Position numbers and translations under genes: made by a program
DNA from: Takakia lepidozioides
Taxonomy: Eukaryota > Plantae > Bryophyta
Length of the DNA stretch: 64,000 nt
Direction: 5' to 3'
Assembly (NCBI GenBank): GCA_030704615.1
Contig: CM060731.1
Location: 78,368,001-78,432,000 of the forward strand
Notes under the pieces: generated by a model
Told to the model about the DNA's origin: nothing
Seen by the model: only the letters and a program-made list of their open reading frames with translations
Databases searched by the model: none
Shown here: piece after piece, positions 12,867-24,640 of the stretch
Layout: every line of letters starts with the position of its first letter
Position numbering within the stretch: the first letter of the stretch is position 1

Positions 12867-14004
12867 AGGGAGCTGACAAGGTGCATTCCCCAACGGCACG
12901 ATAAATACAAACAAAATATTTTGGCAGTGCTTTATTCTTGTAGAAGCGATAAATTTTCTTCATCGAGGGGAACCGAACTGCAACTTGAGAGGGGCAAGAA
13001 ATTCTTCCCGTGCTCATTCTTTCCCACATGCAATTGACCTGGGGTGCATATCCATTGTCTGCATTCGGTGCTTCGACTATGTATTCTATTGTATTTGCAC
13101 TTGTGGGCCCAGTGATGTAGTGATGTAGTGATGTAGTGGTTGTTGGAGCATCCGCACTCGAAGCCCGTGGCCGAAGGGGAGATACTTTTTACATTCGCTG
13201 TATCTTGTATCAGGATGTTACAAGTGCTTACAAGTACTGCTGATTCTTAGCAGCGAAAACTGTATAGATCATGGAATCCACTGTGAGAAAGACTGATAGG
13301 GTATTCACCTGCAGGAGCCCCTGCACTGGAACCCCGGAAGAGATGGACTCTTCTTAAAGCAGCGCTGGTCCCATTACTGCACTGTGAGTGGTGATCGACG
13401 CAAGAAAGGGATATGTCGACCTATAGAATTAAGGAATTAAGAAACTTTATACTGTCCACAGGAAGCAGAAGTAGTTTGGCAATCTGGAGATTACTCACAA
13501 GCTTTCCGGGCCTGTGTATACGCGCTTACTTCACAATTAAGTTTGCATGTTTCATCTCCCTTACAGAGGATCCTCAGGTCATCAACCATACATTGTGGAA
13601 TGCCCAGAGTGCACGTGATCTCAAGGAGAGAACAGTACAGTTTTGATAGTCCAAATGTTCATTATTCTCCTCTATTATATTGAGCCCTGTAGACTGACCA
13701 GAGTTGAGCATACTTTTAATTTAAAGTGTCCAGATCGCTTGATTGCAGTATGGAGCACTCATATTTCGTGTGCTCTGGAAATCCTTCGAACGAGGTATGT
13801 GACCCAAGTGCTCAACCATGAAAGATCTGTAGCCTGATTGAGAAGGCCCGGGTTCTAAGGTTCTAAAAGGGCGGCTCAATTGCCACAGACACAGCGGGAA
13901 GATCTTTTTCCGTCTCTTAACAATTGTAGAAGGGCTCAGAGTATCTTCATCGATCAATCTTAGATAGATTGAGTGAATCCAACTGCAACTTGAGAGGGGT
14001 GCAA

Positions 14005-14129
14005 GCAATTCTTTCCCGCGTTCATTTGGTGTATCTGAAAGGACTCTCGAAGGACCCCTGCAGATCGGCAATTCTCTCCCGCGTTCATTTGGTGTATCTG
14101 GAAGGACTCTCGAAGGACCCCTGCAGATC
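14005..14129 (+). repeat. Two tandem copies of a 63-bp unit immediately upstream of the PIN start
   Basis: GCAATTCT(T/C)TCCCGCGTTCATTTGGTGTATCTG(A/G)AAGGACTCTCGAAGGACCCCTGCAGATC at 14005 and 14068. Confidence 0.9.
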
Positions 14130-14136
14130 ACTTGAG

Positions 14137-17100
14137 ATGTTGACATTGGAGCAGTTTTATCATGTACTCAGTGCAGTGTTCCTACTATATGTTGCGTTAG
14201 TCCTCGGATATGGGTCGGTGAGATGGTGGAACATCGTTACTGCTGATCAATGCCGGGGGCTCAACAGTTTCACGTCATATATCGTTTTTCCTGCACTCCT
14301 GTTTCAGATACAGGCCCTCAACGACCCCTACACAATTCTTGTAGCTTTCTGTCTTATTCTGGGTAGGCTCGACCAAAGCTATGTACACACTCCTTTATAG
14401 ATTTTACTCAATACATACATGTGATCTCCTTAGACTCTTTGATGGGAGACACGACTTCAGATAGGGGAGGTTTGTTGAATCTTTAAACTTGTTTAACTAT
14501 TTCCTTTTACTTGTGAGGCTCTCACAGATATTTATCTTTAGCCCTGGAATGGAATATAGGGATCTGGATGATCGTAGGTAGTTGAATTCGGGATTTAGAC
14601 CTTTTCAGGTACTTTCAGATCTTGGAGTCTTCACATTGTCTCAATTACTTGGGGCATGAGTTTTTCCAATCGGGTACATTAATAATGTGAAGGATCATAT
14701 TTTTGAAACTACGGAAATGTGAATTCATATCTTAGGAGAACCTGGAGATTTCATAATCAAGTTCACATGCTCTTCTGGAAAGTACATGTACCGTTTCCTA
14801 ACGATAGGTAGAGATTCTTGAGGATTTCTTCTAGTTTAAAGAGCTTATCATGAAAGCATAGAGCCAATCAAACTTTGTCATATATATTGCGAGATTGCAA
14901 GTGACCATGTAGGCTTATGTAGGATGGTTAACCAGCATCCACCGAGAGAGTACTACAGGCATATGCGCTTGGTCTGGCAAGTTACTCGAATCATTTGAAC
15001 ATGAATATTACAATGTAATTTTCTGATCGGAAGAAAACTTGTGCGCACGTTTTAAAAACCTCTCCCAGCGCTCTTCTCGAGTCAAGTGCTGCCCTTTCTT
15101 TTCTGCTTCTCGGTCACTAACTAGTGCAGTTCCCTGTCCTATTAAATAAAGATGGTCCGAGTTAATTTCCTTGCAACACGGCGGTATGAATCTGCATGAA
15201 ATTGTGGTTGGTTATGAGTCCATCTGTATGTCTTTCCCACCTGGATATTCTGTCCTCATCACTGAAGTGTTTTTAGTTGACATCTTCTGGACAATCGGAA
15301 CCCGAGCCGATTCTGTGGTTCACTTCTTCCAGCCATGTCTGGATCAAGGCGATTGCCAATCCTGAACTTCCCAGAACTTGTTTGTGGTCTAGCAATTTTT
15401 GGAATCCCAGCACGAATATCGCAAATCAGTATATTCGTCTCAAGGACTAACATTTTCTAAGCTGTATGTTTACATACAATCCATTCATCGACATTTATGC
15501 TGAATAATGCCTATCTGTGCCTTCCAGTTATCCTTTGTGGGTGGGCGTGGTTCGGAGATGATAGCATCGACTGGGTCATCACTCTCCTGCAGCTTGCAGT
15601 AGTGCCCAACAATATCATTATTGGTATACCTATTCTAATGCCGCTCTACACTGGTGCTACTAAGGGAATTGCAACTCTCTTCATTGGATATGTGCTGTCG
15701 ATCAACGTGTTTCTAATCCTCTACGAAACTCGCAAAGCACTTCTTGATATCTCCGCAAAGGTAGAGCCATTTGTTTCAGAGGGTGTGAAGAGCGTCGAAG
15801 ATAGCACCGCTGTTGCGGTTGTCGCTGGCAGATCCTCAAGTGAGGAAGCCCAATTCCGCAATTCTTGTACATTATCACATCGAACTGAATCCTCATTGCG
15901 GCCTCAAAGCCAGGGGATTTCTGGTACTTATTCACCGAGATCACTGAATGACTCAATGTGGTACATCATGCATAATTTGGTTATCTCAAACTCGGCATAA
16001 ATTCGAACTACTCAAAGACGAGGACGCAACGTCACTCATACACATGATAGATATCTAACTGTGAAGTAAGTCCAGAGCTATTTCTACATCTCATTTACAT
16101 GCTCAACTGTTTGCTACATCAGGATCAGTCGACGAAGGAAAGGCCGATGATTGTGAAATTACGATTGGTTCATCCCGGGTGGAGAAGGACCCAAACGTGT
16201 TCTCAGAAACTCGAGCGCAAGCAAGTCAGTTGGAAAACTCCAGGGGTACGTTCGTCACTGATGGGGAGGCCCGGATTCAAGCATCTGAGATCGACTATGC
16301 ACTAGGGAGGGGTCGAGAGTACTTGGAAGTGAAGACAAATTTCCCAAAGCAAGTGGCTGTAAAGGTGATGAAGAAAATGATACAACTACCTGTGTTGTAT
16401 GCCAGCTTTCCGGGTATCACATATTCGCTCATTGCGAGCAGGTAGAAGACTCTCGGTTCGAAGGATTTCGGTTCCAGATACGGTCTAGGTATCTAGATAG
16501 ATGAAAAGGAAGAGTTGTACGTACCAAACTGAAACCACGTTGGAAGCTACGTCATTTCCTTGAGCGAGTATAGATGAGATGAGAGCGTTGGCCTTTGCAT
16601 GTACACAATCGGTATTGTCTCTGAAAGCCTGTACACATATAGTCGTAGTTGATCTAGCTAAACTACAATATTGGAGCATGACAAATTGACAATGGCACGA
16701 CATACTCTACAAGGGCCTCGCCCGTGTACATTCCTATTCCTCAACTCTTCCTCAGCACTCCTCGAGAGCAGTCTGCTGTCCTCACCCAAGCTTTGTTAGG
16801 AAAGGAAAATGAGAGAGGTTTAACGTGACCCAGCGATTTCCTCAACATTCCTTAGCATGTATATAGCCTCTCGTCAATTATTTCAGTCACAGGCTCGGAC
16901 CATGGGACCATAAGACAGACTTTCGAGAGCAGTTTTCCCTTCTTAGTCGATCTCTCAAGTACGGCTGACTGTAGATCTGAAATATATATCTTGACTCTGC
17001 TGTCTCTTGAATAAATCGGTGTTGAAATGGCTGTACATACGCTTGGCTCATACCTGCCTACTGTTCCTACTACCTGTCAGGCTTGCACATGGCGGGTGAG

Positions 17101-17893
17101 AAGACTGCTATCATGTGGAATATTGCTATCATGTGGAATATGGCTTACGCTAGTTGGATCGTTTTGGCGATTCGTTATTGGACCTACGGCCATGGGTCTG
17201 ACATCCCTATTGATCGGACTCCGTGGAGAGACTTTGCGCTTCGCAATTGTTCAGGTCTGTTTATCTTTAACCATCGAACTGTCGAAATTTGCATAAATAC
17301 TTTCTTAGACTTCGGAGATCGTGGTTCAAAATTATTAACAACATGTAAGTACTCAATTAGGAAGCGAATGACTTCATATCTAAGATCTGCTTGCAAAGTG
17401 TCTCAATGACCGATGAATATCATAGGCTTGTCAATATTTGTTTGATCAGGTGCTATAAGTGGGTAGTTGCTATACATTTGAATGCTTATGCCTTACCCTG
17501 CTTCCGCAACAGGCCGCACTGCCACAAGGAGTACAACTTGTATGCCAACATCTTCAGTGCGGCGTACGTTGAACTTCTCTACCATATTAAGATTTCCATT
17601 CGACTATACCATGATGTACAAGACGTAGAAAAAATCATATGCCAGGATACTATATTAATGGAGAGCTCGATGTAGAGATGATTCATGCACTTCCACTAGG
17701 ACCAGCTCATAGCACGATGACACTATATATCCCACGTGATGATCATTTGGTTAAAATTTAAAGTTTGTAAGATTTCAGCGAAACCCTGACATGACAGAGA
17801 CGTTGGTACTGGATTTGCAGGGTGTCAATTCAAACAATTGTCTTTCTGCCCATTATGCTCGCCTACCACGTAGTGCGTGAGCTTTGGAAGTAG
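14137..17893 (+). pseudogene. PIN: PIN-family auxin efflux carrier (divergent), disrupted
   Basis: MLTLEQFYHVLSAVFLLYVALVLGYGSVRWW..DQCRGLN...NDPY; SIDWVITLLQLAVVPNNIIIGIPILMPLY; YASFPGITYSLIASR; RFVIGP...LRFAIVQ; AALPQG; ~1.2 kb insertion after NDPYT, and AALPQG..KEYN collapsed by a frameshifting deletion. Confidence 0.85.
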
Positions 17894-18275
17894 CAGCTCA
17901 GATAGTGGAAGCTGATTTGGCAGGCCAGACATCGACAAGGAGCCTATAACTCAGGAAACTATTGTCTTTCCCTTATAAGTCCCTAGGTGAGGGTGACATA
18001 CTCACATGTGGGAGACTTGCATTTGGGACTGTTCCCTACTTACTTAGAAGGAAAATAGGTCACCTACGGAATACAATTGATACATTCCCATGAAGAGATA
18101 TTTCCCTTGGAGATAGAATGCAGAGATATAGAATGGGAAGTTAGTATGTCCTAGGGACTCGAATCCAAAGGGAAATAAAGCGGGAAATAAATCGTATAGG
18201 GACTTCAATCGAGGGAAATTATATTCTAGGGATTTCAAGGAGCGAAGTGACTTGAATTTAGAGATACAAACTTAC

Positions 18276-18470
18276 TTAATACACCGCATAATCCATATAC
18301 AAAGTAAGATTTATGAATGCTTCATTCTCTTTCTTCCCATCTAAGGCATTAACTTTCTTACCATCTAAGGCATTAAAAGGATCTGATGTAATCCTCTTAT
18401 ACCCTTGAACCTTAAACAGATAATTATCGATGCGTTGGTACCATTCTCTAGGTGACCGTTTCAAGTAATT
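18276..18470 (-). pseudogene. Ty1/copia reverse transcriptase fragment
   Basis: LKRSPREWYQRIDNYL..GYKRITSDP...LTLYMD matches the LKQSPR.W...YVDD region. Confidence 0.7.
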
Positions 18471-18839
18471 TACATATCATGTTTTGTGTTTTTAGGCTCA
18501 TGTTTGGCCTTTCAGTTGAGTCATAAATATTTCTTCCTGAAGATAACCATTAAGGTAGACGAACCAAGAGTTGCGTACCTAGACTCAAATCCTTTGAGAA
18601 TCTCTTCTGCTCACTTCCACCAGTACCTAGCCTGTTTCACCGGGCGATCCTGCTTCCAAAATATAGAGTCGATTAGCCTAGGGTATCTGATATTAGTCAT
18701 ACGTTGCAGCTGACCCCACCATCTGACCTTGAATTTATCTCGTCGGGAGCTTAAGGGAGGGATGCCAAACCCACCCCGAACAGCCACATTGGCTGTTTTG
18801 GAGCATGCTGACATGCATGCACTCCTTAAGCACCCTCAC

Positions 18840-20200
18840 TTGAATGGATTCTAGAGACTTAGCCTGGTTGGATTTATCAACCCACACTGCAGGCGGGGAG
18901 AGAGAGAGAGAGAGAGAGCTCAGAAAATCAGCAAGGCCAAGCAGCTGCTGCTACTTCTAGTGTGGTTGGCACCAACTATAGTTGTCCTGCAACATGCATG
19001 AGTCACTTGTCAGGGAACAATCCAAATACACTAAACGAACAAATACACAGCAATGAAGATATTTAGCGAGAACTTCTAACCCAGCTCAGTGATGGAAAGA
19101 ATCAGGAGGTAGATGAACCTCAAGGAACACTTTGTTATGTACCCAGCTGTCCACTGTGCAACAATGAATTTGATATTACTCACAGCCGAAAAGAGCGCTA
19201 GCATCACATAGATGGAATAAATAAGAGCCACATACACCAAAGCTTCCATCAGGTCGGTAATTGTCAAATGTGAAGACTTCTCAAGATTGGTAGCAGCCAC
19301 AGCAATTCGTTTGTCTAGTGGGGAAAATAAGGATCTATTAATACTGGGAAACTCCCTCTTCGCTTTTTCCATCTCCCAAGATAACACTAGCTCGAACACC
19401 TGCCTAATTGGCTCAGTTTAACCTGGCAGTCCCATACGTACCACTGCCCCATGTATAGCTTCTATTTTAAGGTCAAAATCCTGCATCACTGACACCGTGA
19501 TCCTAATATGAAGGCCATGCTCATACTGTTCAAGGAGGTTGGTGATTGACAAGAACAAATCAAACATATCACACCCATCTCCACTTTGTGACCAGCTTTA
19601 AGAGAATATATATAGGATGTAGTAGTGTGTGGAGACAACAGAGACCTGCCAACCATTTTGTCCCTCACCACCGTCCTCATAGGCTCCTTTAAAGCCACTC
19701 TTTGCCAGTAACTTAGAAACTGCTGCAGAGTTCACATCAAAACTGTTCCTCAACACAGAGACGGAGCATCAACATCTCATACGAAATGTTCTCACTGAAC
19801 AAAGTAAATGCTCTAAAACAAATAACCATTTAGTTTTGGCGTGCAGACAAAAAGAGAGGCCCGTGCTACTACAACTAGACATTTTGAGCCGCATGAGTAT
19901 ATTAGTCAAGGAACTGCAAAGCAGCCACATAAATTGTAGACTCATGTCTCTCAAACATGCACAACCGTCAAAGACAAGCTGAAAATCAGAAGATGTGAAA
20001 TCAATGTGCCCTCCCTCAAAGCTCCTCATTCGCAAAAGTTCATTCTACGTAGATGCCCAAAGAGAAAAACAAGAGGGAGGGCAGGCCCGCTAGACGCTGG
20101 AACGGCATGGAATGCTTCCCCAATGTCATCAGTGTTGCTTTTGTTATTCATGAAAGAGCAAAGCCATGCAGTCTGCATTTGGAAACATATTACAACCCTA
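18840..20200 (-). pseudogene. Partial duplicate of the TROL gene (exons plus introns)
   Basis: Colinear direct homology of ~18900-20060 to ~31140-32395; ~20060-20130 resembles ~33555-33640. Confidence 0.8.
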
Positions 20201-20915
20201 AAAGACATTGGTAAGGCATGGCACCACAATATCAGTCGACGAGCTTCGCCACCTTTGCCACCTGTTTGCTTTTCGGAAAAAGGAGAGCCTGGAAGCCCTT
20301 GTTATCTTTCATTTGGGATTATTGCAGGGAAAAAAAACAAAGCAAAACGCTCAAAAGGGATGAAGCAGTGGATCCAAATATCATGACCGTGGAAGAGCTT
20401 GTGAAAAAAAATGGAGTGCTGAAGCCTGTTCTAAGTTTTGATCAAAACTGATGTGTGTGAATGGTCTCTGAGTCTTCCGAAAACGAGGACCCAATCGTTC
20501 AACTCTTTCTGACAAGCTTTTAGAGTGTGAAATTTGACTAAACTGTCAATCTTTTGAATATTTTCAAAGTTAGTGTCAAACTAGCATTTCCACAAGGCTT
20601 TTGAGAGCAAATCTTCCCCCCCATGCAGGTAGTGTTCATTCTTCATACTTGAATATGTCAAGTTCCTGGACTGGAAACCGTAACCCAACAGTTGGGTCTA
20701 CCCGGATTGAGCCTACATTAGAGGTGATCTGTAATACCCACCCACATGGCCACCCAGCTCCCATGTTCATTTTCTTTGAAAGGGGTTGGCTCAGGCGCCA
20801 CTCCACTTGTTGGAGTTCAAGTTTGAATGACTAAATTTCCATCCTGATCGATGAGCCTTGCTCCTCCTCGCTGATTGCATCTATGCCTCGTGACACAGCT
20901 AGCGAGCCGCCCACC

Positions 20916-21623
20916 TCAAGCTCGTCTCACATTTGAAGTGCTGGCGTCAGATGGCCTCTGCAACTCAAGTAAACTTGAATTGATGCGACCTTCTTCCTCA
21001 GCCTGCCGGAGGTGAGGGCCCAATGGTTCCTCAGAATCTCCGCCTCTGTCAGTGAAGGCTGGAGTAGGACCGGGCGCCTGGTACAGTGCGCTGGCTCGAC
21101 GGTACCTAGTTCGACGGTGTCCGTGCATATCCCGGAGAAGTTCTGAATATGCGTCTCTGTCAGGTGTAGCACGAGGAGCAATATATTGTTGTACTCTAAT
21201 GAAGTTTACACCATCTCTGGAGTGGAGCCGGCCAGAATCATCTTGAGGAGGCCGATCGAATGCTTCTATATCTTGTCTGGGCTCAATAGACCTGACTGCC
21301 CTTGGGCGGGGTGGAATTCTAGGAGCTTCAGGGGGATCTGCTTGGGAGCTCGCCATCACTGTCGTTTCTCCCTCATGCCCGCCGTAGATTGGGATTACCT
21401 TGTCCTGGTCAATAGCTTCCCTGCATACGGGGCACAGTTTTTCGAAGCCCCTACTAAGCCAGCGATAGATGCAAGACCAGCAAAATACGTGGCCGCACGT
21501 GGTAACTACAGGTTCACTGGGAACGTCCAGGCATATATTGCACTCAAAGTTACAACTACGCCTCCTTCTGCTCGATACCAGAGGCAGCTGCATCGTGCCA
21601 GCTCCATTAATGTTGGCGGCCAT
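20916..21623 (-). CDS. RING-HC (C3HC4) E3 ubiquitin ligase, RMA/RNF5-like
   Basis: FECNICLDVPSEPVVTTCGHVFCWSCIYRWL...CPVCR..IDQDKVIPIYG...IPPRP; ATG directly follows an intron acceptor; no C-terminal hydrophobic anchor visible. Confidence 0.85.
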   Translation of the reverse strand: MAANINGAGTMQLPLVSSRRRRSCNFECNICLDVPSEPVVTTCGHVFCWSCIYRWLSRGFEKLCPVCREAIDQDKVIPIYGGHEGETTVMASSQADPPEAPRIPPRPRAVRSIEPRQDIEAFDRPPQDDSGRLHSRDGVNFIRVQQYIAPRATPDRDAYSELLRDMHGHRRTRYRRASALYQAPGPTPAFTDRGGDSEEPLGPHLRQAEEEGRINSSLLELQRPSDASTSNVRRA

Positions 21624-22199
21624 CTGCACACACATAAGCAAGAAAAGCACTTGAGTGGACAAAGAGCAAATCAGAAGTAAGAGGCACTCTATAGATATCT
21701 ACAGACGGGAGGAGAACCTAGGGAACAAATAATGAGCTTGCAAGAGATTAAAAAATGAAAGAAGAGCGAATCCTCACCGGGAAAATGTTTGGAAGAACTG
21801 CAAAACAAGGGTAGCCCACTGCAGAGAAAGGCGCACACATCCTGAAACGGCTGTAAGAACTGGTGGAGACGATAGCGAGAGAGAGAGAGAGTGTGAAACG
21901 ACTGTAAGAATTGGAGGCGAGAGAGCGAGAGAGATGCTGCGAAGGAGAGCAGCAGCCTTTTATACTCAGTCTGTTTCCCTCGTTCTCTCTCCCTCGCGTA
22001 GAGAGACCTATACCAAGCATTTTGGACGGTCGGCGGTGGGTTATGGAGCCAGTCACCGTGGACGTTGAGTTTCGTTATAGAATATGCTCTAGGTATCTGG
22101 GGAGTATGAAAAATATGCCTTTGTGCTAACGTGAGTATGCACGCCTGCCTGAGGATACCCAAGCTCGTTTATGATTGAGTAATTTGTAAAAGTAGTGGT

Positions 22200-22435
22200 T
22201 TTTTTTCTTTTTTGTCCTTAAAAGGGAAACGCCTGGGCCAAAGCTCACAAACAGGCCCCTTGAAAGTGAAAGAAGAAAATAACCTCTTTCACAGTAACCT
22301 CGCCACGGAGGCTGAGGAATGGGACACCCCCCAAGGGAAGGGGGAGAAGTACATACCACAGCCATCAAGGTAGCAGGATTTGACCCCAGAATCATCTGGG
22401 TGGTACTCAGTGCACTAACCAACTGAGCTACTCAC
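22200..22435 (-). mobile_element. tRNA-derived SINE, family 1
   Basis: A box TAGCTCAGTTGG, B-box-like GGTCAAATCC, A-rich tail; homologous to 45185-45435 and 45545-45700. Confidence 0.7.
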
Positions 22436-23299
22436 TGTTGGTGCTTTTCTAGTCTAGTAGAGCCACTAGAAACAAATGCAACTACTCTTTGGCTATTCTT
22501 CAACTATGAATAATATTTGACACAGTTTTGTACATTTGACACGTATGCAACACAAAAATGCCCAAAATGTCTTTAGATAGTGGATGATGTGTCAATTTGT
22601 GTTGTATAAATTACATTCAATTTGTTGTGAGGTTCTTGTAAATTATCAGCCTCAACTAATGATAATTGAAACTAGTGGTAATTATTAAATTGATTCTACA
22701 GTTTTTGTATTTCATCTGCAACCTTGGGTCATAGTAGTACAATTCAATACCATCTTGACTACAAAAGTTTGCTCCTTAAATCAAATTTGAGGACTCTAAA
22801 TAATAATTATTATTATTATTATTGTTTCATATTTACATTCTACTAACCCTAAAACCTATGTGTTGAGATAAAAAGTTTGCCCTTTTTGAGGTTTCTAAAA
22901 TATGTCTTTCACATTTGCATTCTACTTAGTACCATAAACCTTAAAACCTGAAATCTAAAATCTATTTCAATTGCAGTTGGACATAAAAAAATAGCCTAAT
23001 AAACCATCTAAACCTTATTTATGCCATTCTACAGTTTTTTTTTTTTTTTTTTTTTTTAAGGTGAACAGGGGACAGTTTTTCTATTTTTATTTTCAACCTT
23101 GGGTTATAATAGCACAATTCAATATCATCCTGAATTTCGTGGAAGGCAGTAGCCCTTGGGGGTCACTGAAGAGACGCCATAATTTACAATGCCTTTGGGA
23201 GGCGTCGTATATTAAATATTATATTGTTGTAGTTGCATCCGTCGTTTCAAAGATTGCCACTATGATCCCATCTTGCTTTTATGATGCAACATTAGCTAT

Positions 23300-23643
23300 A
23301 TGACGAATTTGTGAGTCTTTTAAATAAAACAGTGTCCTCGATAACGCTTTAAAATCTCTGTCTTCCAATCTGCTTAACTCTCTGCACTAGTTGCAAAAAC
23401 AAATACCAGTCAATGTGAAGTCAGCTTGGTCCTCATCTAACCAGTACAACGGTCGAGACATTTTCTAGTAGCAACAGCATCTTCAAAGTTTATCTTAATC
23501 TTCCACATGTGAAAGTTGTCTCTATCAAATTTATCGATGAGACGAGAATCCATATGAGTGGAAACCATAGCAAATTGGATTAAACTTTTAATTACTCAAT
23601 TCTTTATATAGCTTTTCTAGCTAATTGCATTGCTCTAATACCA
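23300..23643 (-). mobile_element. Ty1/copia 5' fragment: PBS and start of gag
   Basis: TGGTATTAGAGC (close to the tRNA-iMet PBS TGGTATCAGAGC) followed by MVSTHMDSRLIDKFDRDNFHMWKIK. Confidence 0.65.
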
Positions 23644-23814
23644 TGTTGCAAAACATGTTACCATTTTATAGGCTATTAAGACACCAAAATATATAAGGTC
23701 ATGCTTTCTAATAAGAACCCCTTCTCCCAACCACAGAGACACAACAATCGCGGTTCTTCTACCATTGGGAGAAGAGGTTCTTATTAGAAAGCATGACCAC
23801 ATATTTTTGGTGTC

Positions 23815-24640
23815 CCCTTAAGTTCCCAAGCGACCTGAATTGGGTCACTTTGAATTTGCAGTTGGACCTAATTTTTGCAGATCTAATCTGATGGGGCCCA
23901 CTCCTGAAGCTTTAATGACAAGGGATTTGTCTCGAGTATGATGAGAAAAACAAATTTTTAAAAAAAAACAAAAGCTACGACCTACCGAAAATATCTTAGA
24001 TCCCTCATTTACGTTTTGGGGCCTGAAAAGGGCTTGTTGACCGCTGACGTGGCAGGTAAACAAGCCCAAGACAGATTGCACTCCAAAGGCCATTTTTGGC
24101 AGAAAATTAGCAATTTTGGAAAAAGCGCCTCACCTTATGGTGTGTGAGCATTACATACACACATCCACCATTGGCTTTTAAAATTTTTGTAGAAAAAAAA
24201 GTACTTCATTTGGAGGCACATTTTCTCTTGTCAATTTTGAGATTTCAACCCCCATGTAATTGCATGCATAGCAACCATAGGTGAAAAAATCAGTTGGACC
24301 TGCAATTTAGTGGGGTCATAGCCACTCCACTATTGATTTGGAAATGGTGGGTCTTGGGGCAAGCAAAATTGGATAAAGCTAGGTTTTGATTTGGTCAAAC
24401 TAATTTCTTTCTCACTTTCTCTTTGGGACCTGATATTTGAGGTCCGGGCCAACGCTATAATCTCACAATTTCCACGGTGGACTTGGCTCATTTTTTGGTA
24501 TGTCATGCATAAATGAGCTGGGCCCATTGCTATAAGGCTGGAATCTCCAGATGATTTTTGGTAGGTTTCTAGGGGCAATTTACTGCAGCTGGGTACCCAA
24601 AATTGGTAAAAAGTAAAAAAAGGGCTTGGGAACTTAAGGG
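23815..24640. mobile_element. Non-autonomous TIR element with piggyBac-like ends
   Basis: 17-bp TIR CCCTTAAGTTCCCAAGC / GCTTGGGAACTTAAGGG; TTAA at 24641-24644 and at 23676-23679 (the latter separated from the TIR by a 135-bp hairpin). Confidence 0.65.
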
